A model generated the notes under the pieces. That model worked only from the letters and a program-made list of their open reading frames with translations. It did no database searches and had not been told where the DNA came from. A stretch of 64,000 bases of DNA from Eledone cirrhosa (Eukaryota): the NCBI GenBank assembly GCA_964016885.1, contig OZ024745.1, positions 127,162,001 to 127,226,000 on the forward strand, given 5' to 3'. Positions 46,008-59,384 of the stretch are shown piece by piece. The stretch's first letter is position 1. Each line of letters opens with the position of its first letter. The position numbers were made by a program, and so were the translations under genes.

Positions 46008-46275
46008 TTAATCCGTATGGTGAGCAAATGGGGTCCCGGGTGCTGGCCTTCCCACAGCCCCGGCTGACAGGATGGAGAAGGCGTTTCCCCGGAAGATGCG
46101 CTGGAAGAGCCATTCCAACTCGCGAGGCTCACACCTGCGGCTAGCCAGCTCAGCGCCTTTGGTGGTGAATAAGGAGATAGCCCTAGGGCCAAGGACACCA
46201 GAAGTCTCCACTGCGAACCTGTCGGAGAGCGACTGGTACTTGGAGAGTTTGGCCTCCTCAGCCCGACGAGTAGCA
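46008..46275 (-). mobile_element. CRE-clade-like retrotransposon C-terminal fragment
   Basis: AEEAKLSKY..FAVETSGVLGPRA...EPRELEWLFQRI..RGNAFSIL. Confidence 0.75.
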
Positions 46276-47939
46276 GGTCGGCAAATACGGTATATCGTTA
46301 TTAATAATTTAGCGTTAAAAGGCGTGAAAAAACATATATTGCCACAAAGCATTCTATCCGACGGTCTAACAACTCTGCCAATTCACCGCCTATCTCTACA
46401 ACATTACCCATTTATTCATTAAAATTTCGGAGTTGTACCACTACACACTACCAGAGTGATTTTAATTGGTTGAAACCTATTCATTCACTACAATAAATAT
46501 GTTAGCACCAAACCTTTCTAAACTACATCATATTATTCCGTTTTGAATTATTTATATTACTGTATGCCAGTGCAGATCATCATTAATTTGCTCGGATTCT
46601 ATTGCTTTAGTATATAAACTTGTATCTCTAAGTACGTATCTATCAACACATGTATCAAATGTTTATGTCTGTTAGATTAAATATCTTCAAAAGTCTGCTT
46701 ACGTGTACTTCAAACCCCCAAACGATTTCAGAAACACGTGTGTGTATTTTAACAGCTAGTTTGGTGCTGTATTGTTATTATAACACCTTTTTTTCAATCC
46801 ATGGGGAAACTACTTATAAAGTTCTGTGGGATAGTTATATAAGTACTTCAGAACGTTTGAATCACTCTGGGATGGAAAAGGAAAAATAAGTTTAATTTCA
46901 AAGTTTTAATGTATTTAAAATTCAATGCTGTATTTTTATTGTGTTCCTGAGCGCCAAAATATAAAACTGCTTGCTTTCTATATTTGTATAGCAGTGATTC
47001 AGATTTATGTGCTTGTTTATTAGTCATTTAATATGATCAACTCCGACTAGAAGGAAAAAGTGCTAGCCACAAATGTGGCTAGTATGATCGTAAGTCCAAC
47101 ACCCTTACCACTAGGCCACGTGCCTCCACAGCTTTCGAGAAGGGGTAGAATAATCGCTCCTCACCCGAGCAATCACGCCCGTTTTTCAAAAGAATGGCTT
47201 TTTCTCGAAAGACGTATGAAAGCGTAAGTGGTCTTTAAGACCCAAAACGAGGCAAATATATAAGTGGAGTTGGTGTGTCACACACATGCCCATTGGCTGG
47301 TTTCACGGTTTATGGAAAAATTAAACAAGAACCGCAACTAAAAATGTTACAGGAAAGCGACAAAGGGTTGTATTTGCATGAATAAATAAGTCCTGGTGAT
47401 TCCTGAAAACCAGAAAGTTATCCCGAGTTGTGCCTTACCGTGAGAGTAGAGGGGAAAATAATTAGGCTGGGATGCAGGGCGGAAAACCAAGTCGTTAACT
47501 GTTTGGGTAAGCGCGACTTGTGTGCTTTGTGCCCAGGGGGAGGAGAGAAACATAGGTGGAAACATTGTAGTGGACAACAGAGGAAGTAGTGACAACAACA
47601 TTAGGTCCTAGAAGTTGTTCTTAGATCACCATCAGTCACAACTCCGAGTATCACCCTGTCTTCAGTCCACTGGCACTAGGATCCGACGAAAAACGTCAGG
47701 ACTTCTTCCCCCGTAGGGTGGAGGCAAATTAACTGGAAAAACAATTTGCTGATGCGAGAAATCATTATCATCGTCCCCATCGCCCTCATCATCGATCCCT
47801 GAAAAGCGAATCAAAGTTGACCACGGTACGATTTCTGTGTTCAAATCCATTTCATCTTTTCATAGGGGATGGGGGTGGGTGGAGGTCGGTGAGATAAAAA
47901 AAATAGAATACCAGCCAAAAACTGGAGTTTAATTACTGC

Positions 47940-48970
47940 ATCCATCATCTTCTCCATCGCCACAAACACCATCATCATGATCATCATCATCATCACTACA
48001 ACCGCTATCATCATCATCATCATCCCCACAACCACCACCATCATCATCATCACAACCATCACAATCACCAAGACCACAGCCACCGTCACTACAACCCTCA
48101 AAATTACCATCATCATCATCATCAATCATCCCAGCAACGAAAACTTCCTAGTTTCCTTCAAATATTTCTCACGCTAAGAATTTGGAGTTGTTTTTCCTCG
48201 GGATAACAAACAACAAACTAAACATATTTACTACCCATGTATATATGTGGTAGGTTTCTGTGACCCTATAACGTCACAACCACCATATCAACATCGCAAC
48301 CATCATCACCACCATCACAAACATCATCATCACAACGATAATCACCAACACCACCACAACCACCTCAATCCCCATCACCACAACCATAATCACCACCACC
48401 ACTACCACAACCACTACAACCATGACCATCACAATCACCACAACCACCAATCACCACCACCGCCATCATCACCACTACCACAATCACCACCACCACAACA
48501 ACCACAACCACCACCATCATCACCATCACTACAACCATCATCATCACCACCGCCACAATCACCAGCACCACCACCACCACAACCACTATCATCACCATCA
48601 CGACAATCACCATCACCATCATCACCACCACCACCACAATCTCCACCATCACCACAACTATCATCACAACCACCACAACCACCATCATCACCATCACCAC
48701 AACCACCATCATCATCATCACCATCACCACAAGCACCACAACTACAACCATCAACATCATCATCATCATCAATCACCCTAGCAACGAAAGCTTCCTAGTT
48801 TCCTTCAACAAATTCTCACGCTATTTACTCGCCATATATAAGTGGCAGGTTTCTATGACCACGCACCGTCACAACCATCACTATGACAACACTTTGGAAA
48901 TGTATATGTGGCAGGTTTCTATGACCACGCAACGTCACAACCATCACTATGACAACACTTTGGAAATGAA
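47940..48970. repeat. (CAT/CAC)n tracts with duplicated unique spacers
   Basis: agcaacgaaa.cttcctagtttccttcaa at about 48133 and 48780; 66-bp duplication 48842-48968. Confidence 0.85.
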
Positions 48971-49466
48971 GAAGGCAGACAGTTTTATAATTCTACACCC
49001 AAGAACAACTCAAAAAAATATAGCTTTCAATTCAATTACTCTCTCTCTCTATCTATCTATCTATCTTTGTTTCTCTCTTTCTTTCTCACTCTCTCACCCT
49101 ATCTCAGTTTCTCTCTTTCTTTCTTTCTCACTTCTCTCTCTCCCTCTCCCTCTTTCTATCTATCTCACTTTCTTACTCTGCCCCCCCCCCCCTCCCCCTT
49201 CTCTCTCTCTCCCTGTCCATATTATTGAAGGGGAGAAATATTTGCTAACATTGTATATTTTTCAATGTTCTATATATAGCAAGGCGGTAAGGCAATCTCT
49301 TTATCGTGAAAAGAAAAAAAATTAATAAAATAAATAAGCATTTCTTTTCCCAAGGAAGTCAAGGGTTAAACTGATTCAATTTCAGATTTTGCACTTCTGG
49401 GTCTAAAGATGAGAAATCATTCTTGAATCATAACAGTTAAGTTTGTATTTTTCTTGCACTCCACAG

Positions 49467-49474
49467 TTAATACG
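49467..49474 (+). CDS. Candidate 8-nt microexon
   Basis: tttgtatttttcttgcactccacag|TTAATACG|gtaagt: strong acceptor and consensus donor. Restores frame only together with 59378-59384. Confidence 0.3.
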
Positions 49475-49625
49475 GTAAGTATATCACATGAAATCAAGCA
49501 ACAATCTCTAATATCATAGTTTTATGGTATTATATCTCCACCATTGTAATATGATATATATATTTATATATATATATATATAAAATAAAATAAAATATAT
49601 ATACATGTGTGTGTGTGTGTGTGTG

Positions 49626-49680
<55 letters not shown>

Positions 49681-49804
49681 TTAAATATTAGACAGGAACA
49701 AAAGAGAGAGAGGCAGTACAAATGGTAGTTTATTAGGTTCACGCTTTTGAGAGTGGGGGGGAGGATGTATATATGTATATATATGTGTGCATATATATAT
49801 ATAT

Positions 49805-49917
49805 ATTAGAAATTGAACAACACAAAATATAACGATCCAGACGTATATTATTATCGTCTGTAATCCAGAAACCTTTGGTAATGGAGTAGTTATATTTTGT
49901 GTTGTTCAATTTCTAAT
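49805..49917. mobile_element. (TA)n-anchored fold-back element with hammerhead 3' half
   Basis: 29-bp inverted arms (49805-49833/49889-49917); spacer holds hairpin cagacg..cgtctg and GAAACC ttt GGTA atggag. Confidence 0.6.
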
Positions 49918-49979
49918 TAAATAGCTCTGTTCTACACATAGAGCACTCTTTTTTCTTTGCTTTTCCTTCGGAATTACCT

Positions 49980-50025
<46 letters not shown>

Positions 50026-50112
50026 CTTTTTCCTATTTCCCACTCTACTACCCTAAGTATTGAGTACTCTGGTGCGTTATGGTCCATCTGGTTCCTTACC
50101 ACAATTCCTTTG

Positions 50113-50152
<40 letters not shown>

Positions 50153-50468
50153 GCACACATTAATTTCACCACTAGGATGATTAATTTTCCAAACAACTGG
50201 AACACTCTTCATCGAATCTGACGGAGATCCCCCACACAAAAAAAATGAGGTCGATCCTCACGTAATGAGGCGTTTCAATGTCTTTGGGTAACACATCGAA
50301 CCATACAAGTTAGTTGAGGTTTTGTTTTATACTCGGGCAATATAATATATTAAGATGAAATTAATACCAAGGGACATATTATTCCCTGGAATGTAGCGTT
50401 CATGAAATTAATCCGAAGGTTGGATTGAAATAGTCAAATAATTACATGGTTTAACAGCTCAATCTCTC

Positions 50469-50601
<133 letters not shown>

Positions 50602-50809
50602 TACTTACACACATACCACAAGCAACACATATACAAAACACACACACTCACTCACACACAAACATACCACAATACGTAACACACGCACAACACACAACAC
50701 ACACACACACACATAAATACCACAACACGTAACACGCACAACACATACACACTCACACACTCACACACACACACATACACACAACACACATATATATATA
50801 TATATATTT

Positions 50810-51362
50810 GTGTTCCAACCGAGGGGTTGAAGCCATGCTGGGGCACCACCACCGATGCTACACTTTCTATAGTCAACCTTCCCTGGTTGGCCATTGATGC
50901 AAAAGGGAGTTTGTTACTGCTGCTCATATTTGTGCTTCGGCTCGTGTTGTGGGTTCATCCGGGACCTTGGACAATAGAATGTTGAGATGCCCCTTGAAAG
51001 CATCTACATGCACACCATGTAGATCTCTCAGAGTTTTTGTCAGCTCATTAAAAAGCTGGGGTCCCTTGAACCCCAGACTATTGTAGTATGTGGTCCTTAT
51101 TCTCGATGCGACGGATGGGAACTTTGGCACTACACAATGGCGTTCTGTTCGTGGGCTGGTGCTGTCTTCAGTGCCGAAGTTTGGTGCTAACCCTTCTAGG
51201 ATCTTCCATTTGTATATCACTGCTTATCTATCCCGTCTCCGCTCTAGGGAGTAAAGCTTTAATTTCTTCAGCTTCTCCCAGCAGCTCATCTCTTTCATTG
51301 AGGTAATCCTCTTCGTGTAGCTTCATTGGATTGCTTCAAGTTCTGCAGTTAGTTTGACACTG
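50810..51362 (-). mobile_element. CR1-group LINE 3' fragment
   Basis: LEAIQ*SYTKRI...LKKLKLYSLERRRDR*..IYKWKILEG...GPQLFNEL...FKGHL..LL..VPDEP. Confidence 0.85.
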
Positions 51363-51532
51363 TATATATGTTTGTGCATATATATATATATATATACATC
51401 TATATCTATGTATACATATGTATATATATATATATATATATATAATACACATATGTATATATATATACATACACACACGCATATATATATACACACACAC
51501 GCATATACATATATACACACACACACACATAC

Positions 51533-51573
<41 letters not shown>

Positions 51574-51683
51574 GTAATAATAATAAATGTGGAGACTAGA
51601 ATCCGAAGAGAGCTCGATAAGGATAATATATATATAGAAATATATAAAATCATAGAGCAAATATTTATTAAAATAACAGATTA

Positions 51684-51736
51684 AAGTTTAAGCAAAGAAT
51701 CGGTGCTTTCACCCTTAACGGGATCTTCTGAAACTC
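51684..51736 (-). ncRNA. Hammerhead-like motif with CAGAAGA core (family D)
   Basis: Minus strand: GAGTTT CAGAAGA TCCC gttaa GGGT GAAA GCA..TGC TT AAACTT. All three stems present; core has U4A. Confidence 0.5.
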
Positions 51737-51800
51737 TTTCAGAAAATCCAATAAGGGTGAAAGCACCGATTCTTTGCTTAAATTTTAATCTGTTATTTCA

Positions 51801-51856
<56 letters not shown>

Positions 51857-51950
51857 GATATTAAATAAATGGAAACTATATTTATAAAACCATATTTATT
51901 TCATTATATAAATAAATATACACGGGTGTGTATGATTGTGTATAGAAGAT

Positions 51951-52233
51951 TATATTAATAAGAGGAATTCCAACTTTGTCTGATTTACTCGTTTTATTTA
52001 CAATCCTTTAAAATTTATAATGGTATTAGAATGAATTAGTTGAAAATTGCAAACTTGACTGTCACCACACATTATGAACCTAAAGATTGCGAAAGCATGA
52101 AAGTACTTGTTCAATTAACACTTAACATTTAATATTCTACCATACTATTTCATTATAATACCATTATAAATTGTAAAGGATTGTAAATAAAACGAGTAAA
52201 TCAGACAAAGTTGGAATTCCTCTTATTAATATA
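51951..52233. mobile_element. (TA)n-anchored fold-back element, about 90-bp arms, hammerhead in spacer
   Basis: Inverted arms 51951-52040/52144-52233; right arm runs into (TA)n. Confidence 0.75.
52075..52113 (+). ncRNA. Degenerate minimal hammerhead (G5A change) inside palindrome spacer
   Basis: TGAAC CTAAAGA TTGC gaaa GCAT GAAA GTAC TT GTTCA. Confidence 0.65.
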
Positions 52234-52252
52234 TATATATATATATACACAC

Positions 52253-52336
<84 letters not shown>

Positions 52337-52440
52337 GTAGATATATATACACACACGTAGATATATATAATATACATATATATATATACATATATATATA
52401 CATACATATATATATACATATATATATATATATACATACA

Positions 52441-52479
<39 letters not shown>

Positions 52480-53087
52480 GGTGGCTGCCAACTCGTTTTC
52501 GAGTACGGCCACTACTTTATATCCATGTAGGAGAACCCCTACCGATGCGCTGAACGAGTGTGACTTTTTAGTCCAGCCAGCGACTTGAAAACTCTGGTAC
52601 AAACACTACACTTGTGACAATTACTGACACATAGTGCTGGGCCCATGGTACCATGTGACGACAAGTGCAGAGAGATCTCCAGATATAAAGCAATGCCTGT
52701 GCCGTGAAGCTTTTATAGTGAGCAAAGGCACTGCACAAAGCCAGTCCCACTCTCTTAACCAAGATGATATTTACCAAAAAGAAGAACAAGTCAACATCAT
52801 TGGATACCATCAGGGTTGCAGGTGTTATATCAGAGTTTTCCTTCTCCTAGAATTCTGCCTTGACAAAGGCTAAGGGGTCATCTCTCCCGGTGATTTTGGA
52901 TGGCCATTGACTCTTAAGAGCTCCTTTGCCCTTTGACAGGTTTTGTTTTTAGTCCTGCAGGATGTCCAAAGTCACCCTCCTCACCAAGAAACCTTGGTGG
53001 GGTTGCCAGTTTAGTCGCCAACGACCCGACCATGGGACAGGTTGTACTGGGATACATGTTACCAGTAGCACCAACTGGTGACCTGAC
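52480..53087 (-). mobile_element. Probable RTE-type LINE 5' UTR relic between (TA)n tracts
   Basis: GC-richer island; minus-strand motif ttagcctttgtcaaggcagaattctaggagaaggaaaactctg recalled from RTE-type 5' regions (from memory, unverified). Confidence 0.4.
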
Positions 53088-53300
53088 ATATATATATACA
53101 TATATATATATATATGTACATGTATATAATATACATATATATATATATACATATATATTTACATACATATACATATATATATATATACATATATATTTAC
53201 ATACATATATATATATATATACATACATATATATATACATATATATACATATATATACATACATATATATATACATATATATACATACATATATATATAC

Positions 53301-53357
<57 letters not shown>

Positions 53358-53392
53358 TATACATATATATATATATATACATATATATATAC

Positions 53393-53479
<87 letters not shown>

Positions 53480-53490
53480 TATATATATAC

Positions 53491-53524
<34 letters not shown>

Positions 53525-53991
53525 TAGAGAAAACATTTTTTCCGAGAGGAAATTTCATTTATTCTGAGATGTTCGGGTTTTTAACCTTAGTTATTGTGGA
53601 ATAAATGATAAAATAGATAAACGCCCAATTATCTCGGTCAAAATGTGTGTACATCAACAAATTAAAGCAAATATTCGAATTCTTTAAATTGTTTTACCTT
53701 AATCAGTAGGCATTGTAAACATTGGTTTATTTAGACCTTACATTACATTCATCACCTCCTCACCATACCACACTCACACACAAACAAATTCAGAATAGTT
53801 TTCTGAAGAAGAACCGAAGAAAACAAATTAAATAACGTACTCAATACATTAAAGCAATATATTTCTTCATCGTACGCTTTTGTTCACTCTACATGTATCA
53901 CCCTATTTTCACAGTAAAAATTCCATCCGACATAATTATCTCACACAGATTGAATGCGGAAATCCCTACTTTATAAATATTTCTCATTCTT

Positions 53992-54027
53992 TCTTGTGAT
54001 GAAGGACTAGCGTCCGAAATGTTAAGA
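53992..54027 (+). ncRNA. Degenerate minimal hammerhead (family A, C3G change)
   Basis: TCTT GTGATGA A GGAC tagc GTCC GAAA TG TT AAGA; same flanks as the 26803 copy. Confidence 0.6.
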
Positions 54028-55397
54028 CCCTCTTCCTACCCTCCCAAGCATACTATCGTTCACACGTAGACTCCAAGTACGAAAGTACCTTTGGTTGCTT
54101 CAAATCAATAAGGTCACACACGTTGGTAATATACCTTCCATTACTCTCAAACACGGTGAAATGGCAAAGTCGTTAGAACGTCGGATAGAATGCTTTGTGG
54201 TATTTGTTCAGTCTCTCTGCTCTGAGTTCAAATCTCGCCGACGTCAACTTTGCCTTTCATCCGTTCGAGATCGATAAAAAAGTACCAGTCTAGTACTGGG
54301 GTCGATTCTTCCTCTCTATATCTCTTTATCACTTCCTCTCTCTGATTTTCTATCCTTCTCTGGAAAAGAAATCTGCTGTTTAAACCTGAAAAGGAGATGG
54401 GCTCCGCCAGGCTTAAAATTACCTAGAAAGGCCACTACGGCACCCCTACGACTCCATCGGGAGTTACGAGACCATGCCAGGCATACCCTCAAACGATATG
54501 TCCCTGAGTTACCCACTACTATCGCCAAGTTTTTCAGAATCTTGCTCTTCTCTTTCTTTCACACATACACACACACTTTTTTCTATCTCCAGATTTATAC
54601 ACTCATCTTTCGAAACACGTTACCTTGTTTCACTCCGAAGAAAGAATTACCTCTGACTGCCAGCATTGTCTTCTTGCACTCATTTCCAACATCTCAAAAG
54701 AGTTGGAGACGGTTATTAGCAACAACCTCTCTCCAACATAAATTAATCTATCTCTATCTTATTATCTATCTTCTTATTATTATATGGTGGATTGGCAGTA
54801 TAGGTAGAGAGTCGGACGCCATGCTTTCCAGCATAATTACGTCCCTTTACGATCTGAGTACAAATCCCGCCGAGGTTAACTTTGCCTTTCATCCTTACGG
54901 GGTCGATAAAATAAAGTACCAGTAATGTACTGGGTAATTGCTGGCCTTGTGCCAAAAGTAGAAACAATTATTATTATATTACATTCAAAGTAAAGGATGT
55001 CATGAATGATACAAAATCAAACATATGTCTTGTCTCTAAAAAAAGCTCAAGATAGAATTCAGAGAATAAAATCGAGCTTTAATCATTATAAGAAAGTTAA
55101 TGAAATATATACATACACACTTAAGCGTGCATTAAGGTATATCAAAACTAGAGACAATCTGCACTAAATATAAGATTACATAATTCGTAGAGTATCTTAT
55201 CAAAATTAATTAAAACAAAATACCTGATAATGATCAATATATATCTATCTTCTTATCAATCTTTCTCTCCTTAAATACCACCAGTATGTCTTTTAGTTTT
55301 GTCCCTGCACCTTCGCTAAACCTACATGGCGTATATGAGACCTCGCAAACATCTTCCTTTGGCAGGAGAGATACAATCGTTACACATAAGAATACAT

Positions 55398-55560
55398 TAC
55401 GAAGTGGGATGCTGAAAAGTTCATGGCTTTAAGGGTTTCGCGAAAGGGTAGAGCTGTTACCTTTACAGGAGAGGTAGGACGGCTACATTAGGTGTGTGAG
55501 TCTGGGAGGGGAATATGTTGAATAAAATCATAATTAACTGATCCTCCTGTATTTTCTATT
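55398..55560 (+). mobile_element. Internally deleted mariner element
   Basis: tacga..gctgaaaagtt TIR-like start and transposase C-terminus CVSLGGEYVE*. Confidence 0.6.
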
Positions 55561-56697
55561 AACTGGTCCTCCCGTATTTTCTCTTACTGATCCTCCTATA
55601 TTTTATATTAACTGATCTTCCCGTATTTTCTCTTAGCTGATCCTCCCGTATTTTCTCTTAGCTGATCCTCCCGTATTTTCTCTTAGCTGATCCTCCTATA
55701 TTTTCTATTAACTGATCCTCCCGTATTTTATATTAACTGATCCTCTCATATTTTCTATTAACTGAACCCCCATATTTTCTATTAACTGATCCTCCTGTAT
55801 TTTCTCTTAGCTGATCCTCCTGTATTTTCTCTTAGCTGATCCTCCCATATTTTCTATTAACTGATCCTCCTATATTTTCTCTTAGCTGATCCTCCCGTAT
55901 TTTCTATTAGCTGATCCTCCCATATTTTCTATTAACTGATCCTCCCATATTTTCTCTTAGCTGATCCTCCCATATTTTCTATTAACTGATCCTCCCATAT
56001 TTTCTATTAACTGATCCTCCCATATTTTCTCTTAGCTGATCCTCCTGTATTTTCTATTAACTGATCCTCCCATATTTTCTATTAACTGATCCTCCCGTAT
56101 TTTCTCTTAGCTGATCCTCCTATATTTTCTATTAACTGATCCTCCCATATTTTCTATTAACTGATCCTCCCATATTTTCTATTAACTGATCCGCCCATAT
56201 TTTCTCTTAGCTGATCCTCCCATATTTTCTATTAACTGATCCTCCCATATTTTCTATTAACTGATCCTCCCATATTTTCTCTTAGCTGATCCTCCCATAT
56301 TTTCTATTAACTGATCCTCCCATATTTTCTATTAACTGATCCTCCCGTATTTTCTCTTAGCTGATCCTCTCATATTTTCTATTAACTGATCCTCCCATAT
56401 TTTCTATTAACTGATCCTCCTATATTTTCTATTAGCTGATCCTCCTATATTTTCTATTAACTGATCCTCCCATATTTTCTATTAACTGAGCCTCCTATAT
56501 TTTCTCTTAGCTGATCCTCCTGTATTTTCTCTTAGCTGATCCTCCTGTATTTTCTCTTAGCTGATCCTCCTGAATTTTCTCTTAGCTGATCCTCCTGTAT
56601 TTTCTCTTAGCTGATCCTCCTGTATTTTCTCTTAATTAATCCTCCTGTATTTTCTATTAGGTGATCCTCCAGAATTTTCTTTCAACTGATCCTCCTC
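55535..56697. repeat. 25-bp minisatellite, about 46 copies
   Basis: ctgatcctcccRtattttctMttaR. Confidence 0.95.
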
Positions 56698-56860
56698 ATT
56701 TTTTTATTTTTTTATTTTAAGGATGAACATTGAATAATGTAAAAATTGAAACGCTGTGTCTAGGCAAAAGGGCGAAATTGTCACAGCTCAATTATCCAAG
56801 ATCATCAGTACATACTTGATCAGGGCTGACCTGGGGCAAACTAACAACTAAGCCTACACA

Positions 56861-56956
<96 letters not shown>

Positions 56957-57313
56957 ATGGTATGTGAATGTGTGTAGAAAGTCACATAGACACCACTTAT
57001 ACATCACGTATACCTCACAAATACATTATACACGTGCGCGACGTCAAAGAGAATAAATTCGCGAAATTAAGCCAAGAAACAACAACAACCACAACAACAA
57101 CCACAACAACAACCACAACAACAACCACAACAACAACACCAATTACACACAGCAGCAAAAATCGTGTTTAGACACGTGTTTGTGTGAATCGGTGTTTCAT
57201 TGTATAACTATATGTTTGTGTGGTGGTTTTTTATGTGTATGGGCGTCTTTAAGCTACATATACATACATATATATACATACATATTCATACATATATACA
57301 TAGCTATACATAC

Positions 57314-57360
<47 letters not shown>

Positions 57361-57477
57361 CATTACATACATGCATATACACATTTATATACATACATAT
57401 ATATGCATATATACACATACATACATACATACATACATACATACATACATACATACATACATACATACATACATACA

Positions 57478-57508
<31 letters not shown>

Positions 57509-58103
57509 GCTTGCATGTACGTGTGTGCGTGGGTGTATTTCAGTTGATATTTATATAATTCTATGCTGCATTCCTGAAGTTATTTTATTTCTGTTGACGC
57601 CTCCAGTAGCACTATAGCCGGAAAACAATTAGGAAACATTTTTTTCCGGTTTCATGGCTAAAATAGGCAACAGAAATTTGAATATATCTACAACATCTGC
57701 ATACAAATAACAGATTATTTATTATGTTGTTGAGTGAAAGGTCTAATTAATCTCTAAGGTATCACAGAAATAGTGAAGGTAAATATAAAAAGACGTTGAA
57801 ATTTAAATCCACATCTGGCAAACAGATAAAAAAAGGTTTCCCCAAGTAATACAAGAACACGAAAGTCGATATGGCTAATTTGAGATCTCAGCTTATCTTT
57901 TTTTTCATTTTTTTTCAATGCAAATGCAGTTGTCCGCCGGTATTCGCGGGGGCTACGTTCCTAGAGCTCCTAAAAAGAGTGAAAAACCGTGAATATTGGA
58001 CGTGGTCCGTAAAAATGCCTATAAACGTCAAAAATATAACGTTGAAACGGCCGGAACTCAGCCATCGGGGTCCTGACTCTTTTCCTATATATATATATAT
58101 ATA

Positions 58104-58410
58104 TAGTTGTCCCCCGATATTCGCGATGGTTACGTTCCTAGAGAACCCGCGACGTGGTCCATAAAAATCCCTATAAACGTCAAAAATATAACGTAAAATA
58201 TAGGCCGGCAAATACGGTAGATTGTTATTAATGATTTGGCGTTAAAAACCGTGAAAAAAACATATATTGCCACGAAAAAAGGCATTAAAAAATCGCGGAA
58301 GATATTTACGATTCCGCGAATATGCAGTGGTTTACACGAACAATTATTAGTTAGGGTCTAAGGAAAATTCCGCGAATAACCGGGACCGCGAATGCCGTGG
58401 GTACACTATA
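58104..58410. mobile_element. Tigger/pogo-like MITE about 305 bp (copies 41213-41710 with SINE inside, 45790-46345 with CRE inside, 57927-58042 truncated)
   Basis: TIRs (c)agttgtcccccgatattcgcg / cgcgaatgccgtgggtacact, TA flanks; copies align by eye. Confidence 0.8.
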
Positions 58411-58710
58411 ACATTTATCTTTTGTATTATATTGTGGTTTATCATCAACTATAGTAGTGTCATGTTATATCGACTTTCTTTTCTGAGTTATGTGTACTAT
58501 AATAATTGTTTCTACTTTTGGCACAAGGCCAGCAATTACCCCAGTGCATTACTGGTACTTTATTTTATCGACCCCGTAAGGATGAAAGGCAAAGTTAACC
58601 TCGGCAGGATTTGAACTCAGAACGTAAAGGACCATAACTCTATGCTGCAAAGCATGATCCCGTAAGGATGAAAGGCAAATCTAAGCTCGGATTGTTGCAG
58701 AAATATATTG

Positions 58711-58751
58711 TCAAAGCTCTTTCGTCACACATTCTGTGACCTCCTCAGTGA
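58711..58751 (-). ncRNA. Minimal hammerhead motif, intact core
   Basis: Minus strand: TCA CTGAGGA G GTCAC agaatgt GTGAC GAAA GAGC TT TGA. Confidence 0.75.
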
Positions 58752-59030
58752 ATTGGTTTTTATTTTGTGTCTCTCCTTTGTTCTGTCCTACGCCATCTTG
58801 TTTTTGTGTGTTGTATGTTGTGTGTTGACAACACACAGCACACAAAAACAAGATGGTGTGGGACAGAGCTATGACAATATATAAACAACCTTCCGGAAAT
58901 TTATAATAAATTGAAGTGAAACTAACAGGTGCGTGTGTTTTTATTGGCAGCATGACCCTCCCAAAGTATAACAATATCTTTTCAACACACGTTTTCAGAT
59001 AAGAAATCTCGCAAAACAAATTCAAAAACG

Positions 59031-59064
<34 letters not shown>

Positions 59065-59066
<2 letters not shown>

Positions 59067-59260
59067 CGAAGGAAGAGTGGTAAGGAACCAGATGGACCAT
59101 AATGCACCAGAGTACTCAATACTTAGGGTAGTAGAGTGGGTAATAGAAAAATGTTTGACCCCGACGGCAGAGCTCAAGCCGTTTCAACGGCTATTTCTGG
59201 ACCCAGTCCAGAAATAGCCGTCGAAACGGCTTGAGCTCTGCCGTCGGGGTTAAACATTTT

Positions 59261-59262
<2 letters not shown>
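59065..59262. mobile_element. Family C fold-back element (truncated copies 33960-34058, 50025-50115, 58043-58085)
   Basis: Same sequence as 17307, between two (TA)n tracts; hairpin centre cca at 59203-59205. Confidence 0.85.
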
Positions 59263-59321
<59 letters not shown>

Positions 59322-59377
59322 GCGCACACACACAACTGTATTACTTCTCTCACTATGTTTTATGTGTCTTCCTTTAG

Positions 59378-59384
59378 ATTCATG
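59378..59384 (+). CDS. Candidate 7-nt microexon
   Basis: ttttatgtgtcttcctttag|ATTCATG|gtaggc; phase-compatible with 49467-49474 and 61624. Confidence 0.25.

Noticed and set aside
48247-48798. His/Pro-rich ORFs
   Set aside because: (CAC/CAT)n triplet tract; no supporting splice context.
49386-49474. Longer 89-nt exon using an upstream AG
   Set aside because: Stops in all three frames.
53795-53830. CTGAAGA hammerhead-like start
   Set aside because: No stem II or GAAA-UH; isolated CTGANGA hits at about 3697, 5393, 21911 and 41184 were rejected for the same reason.
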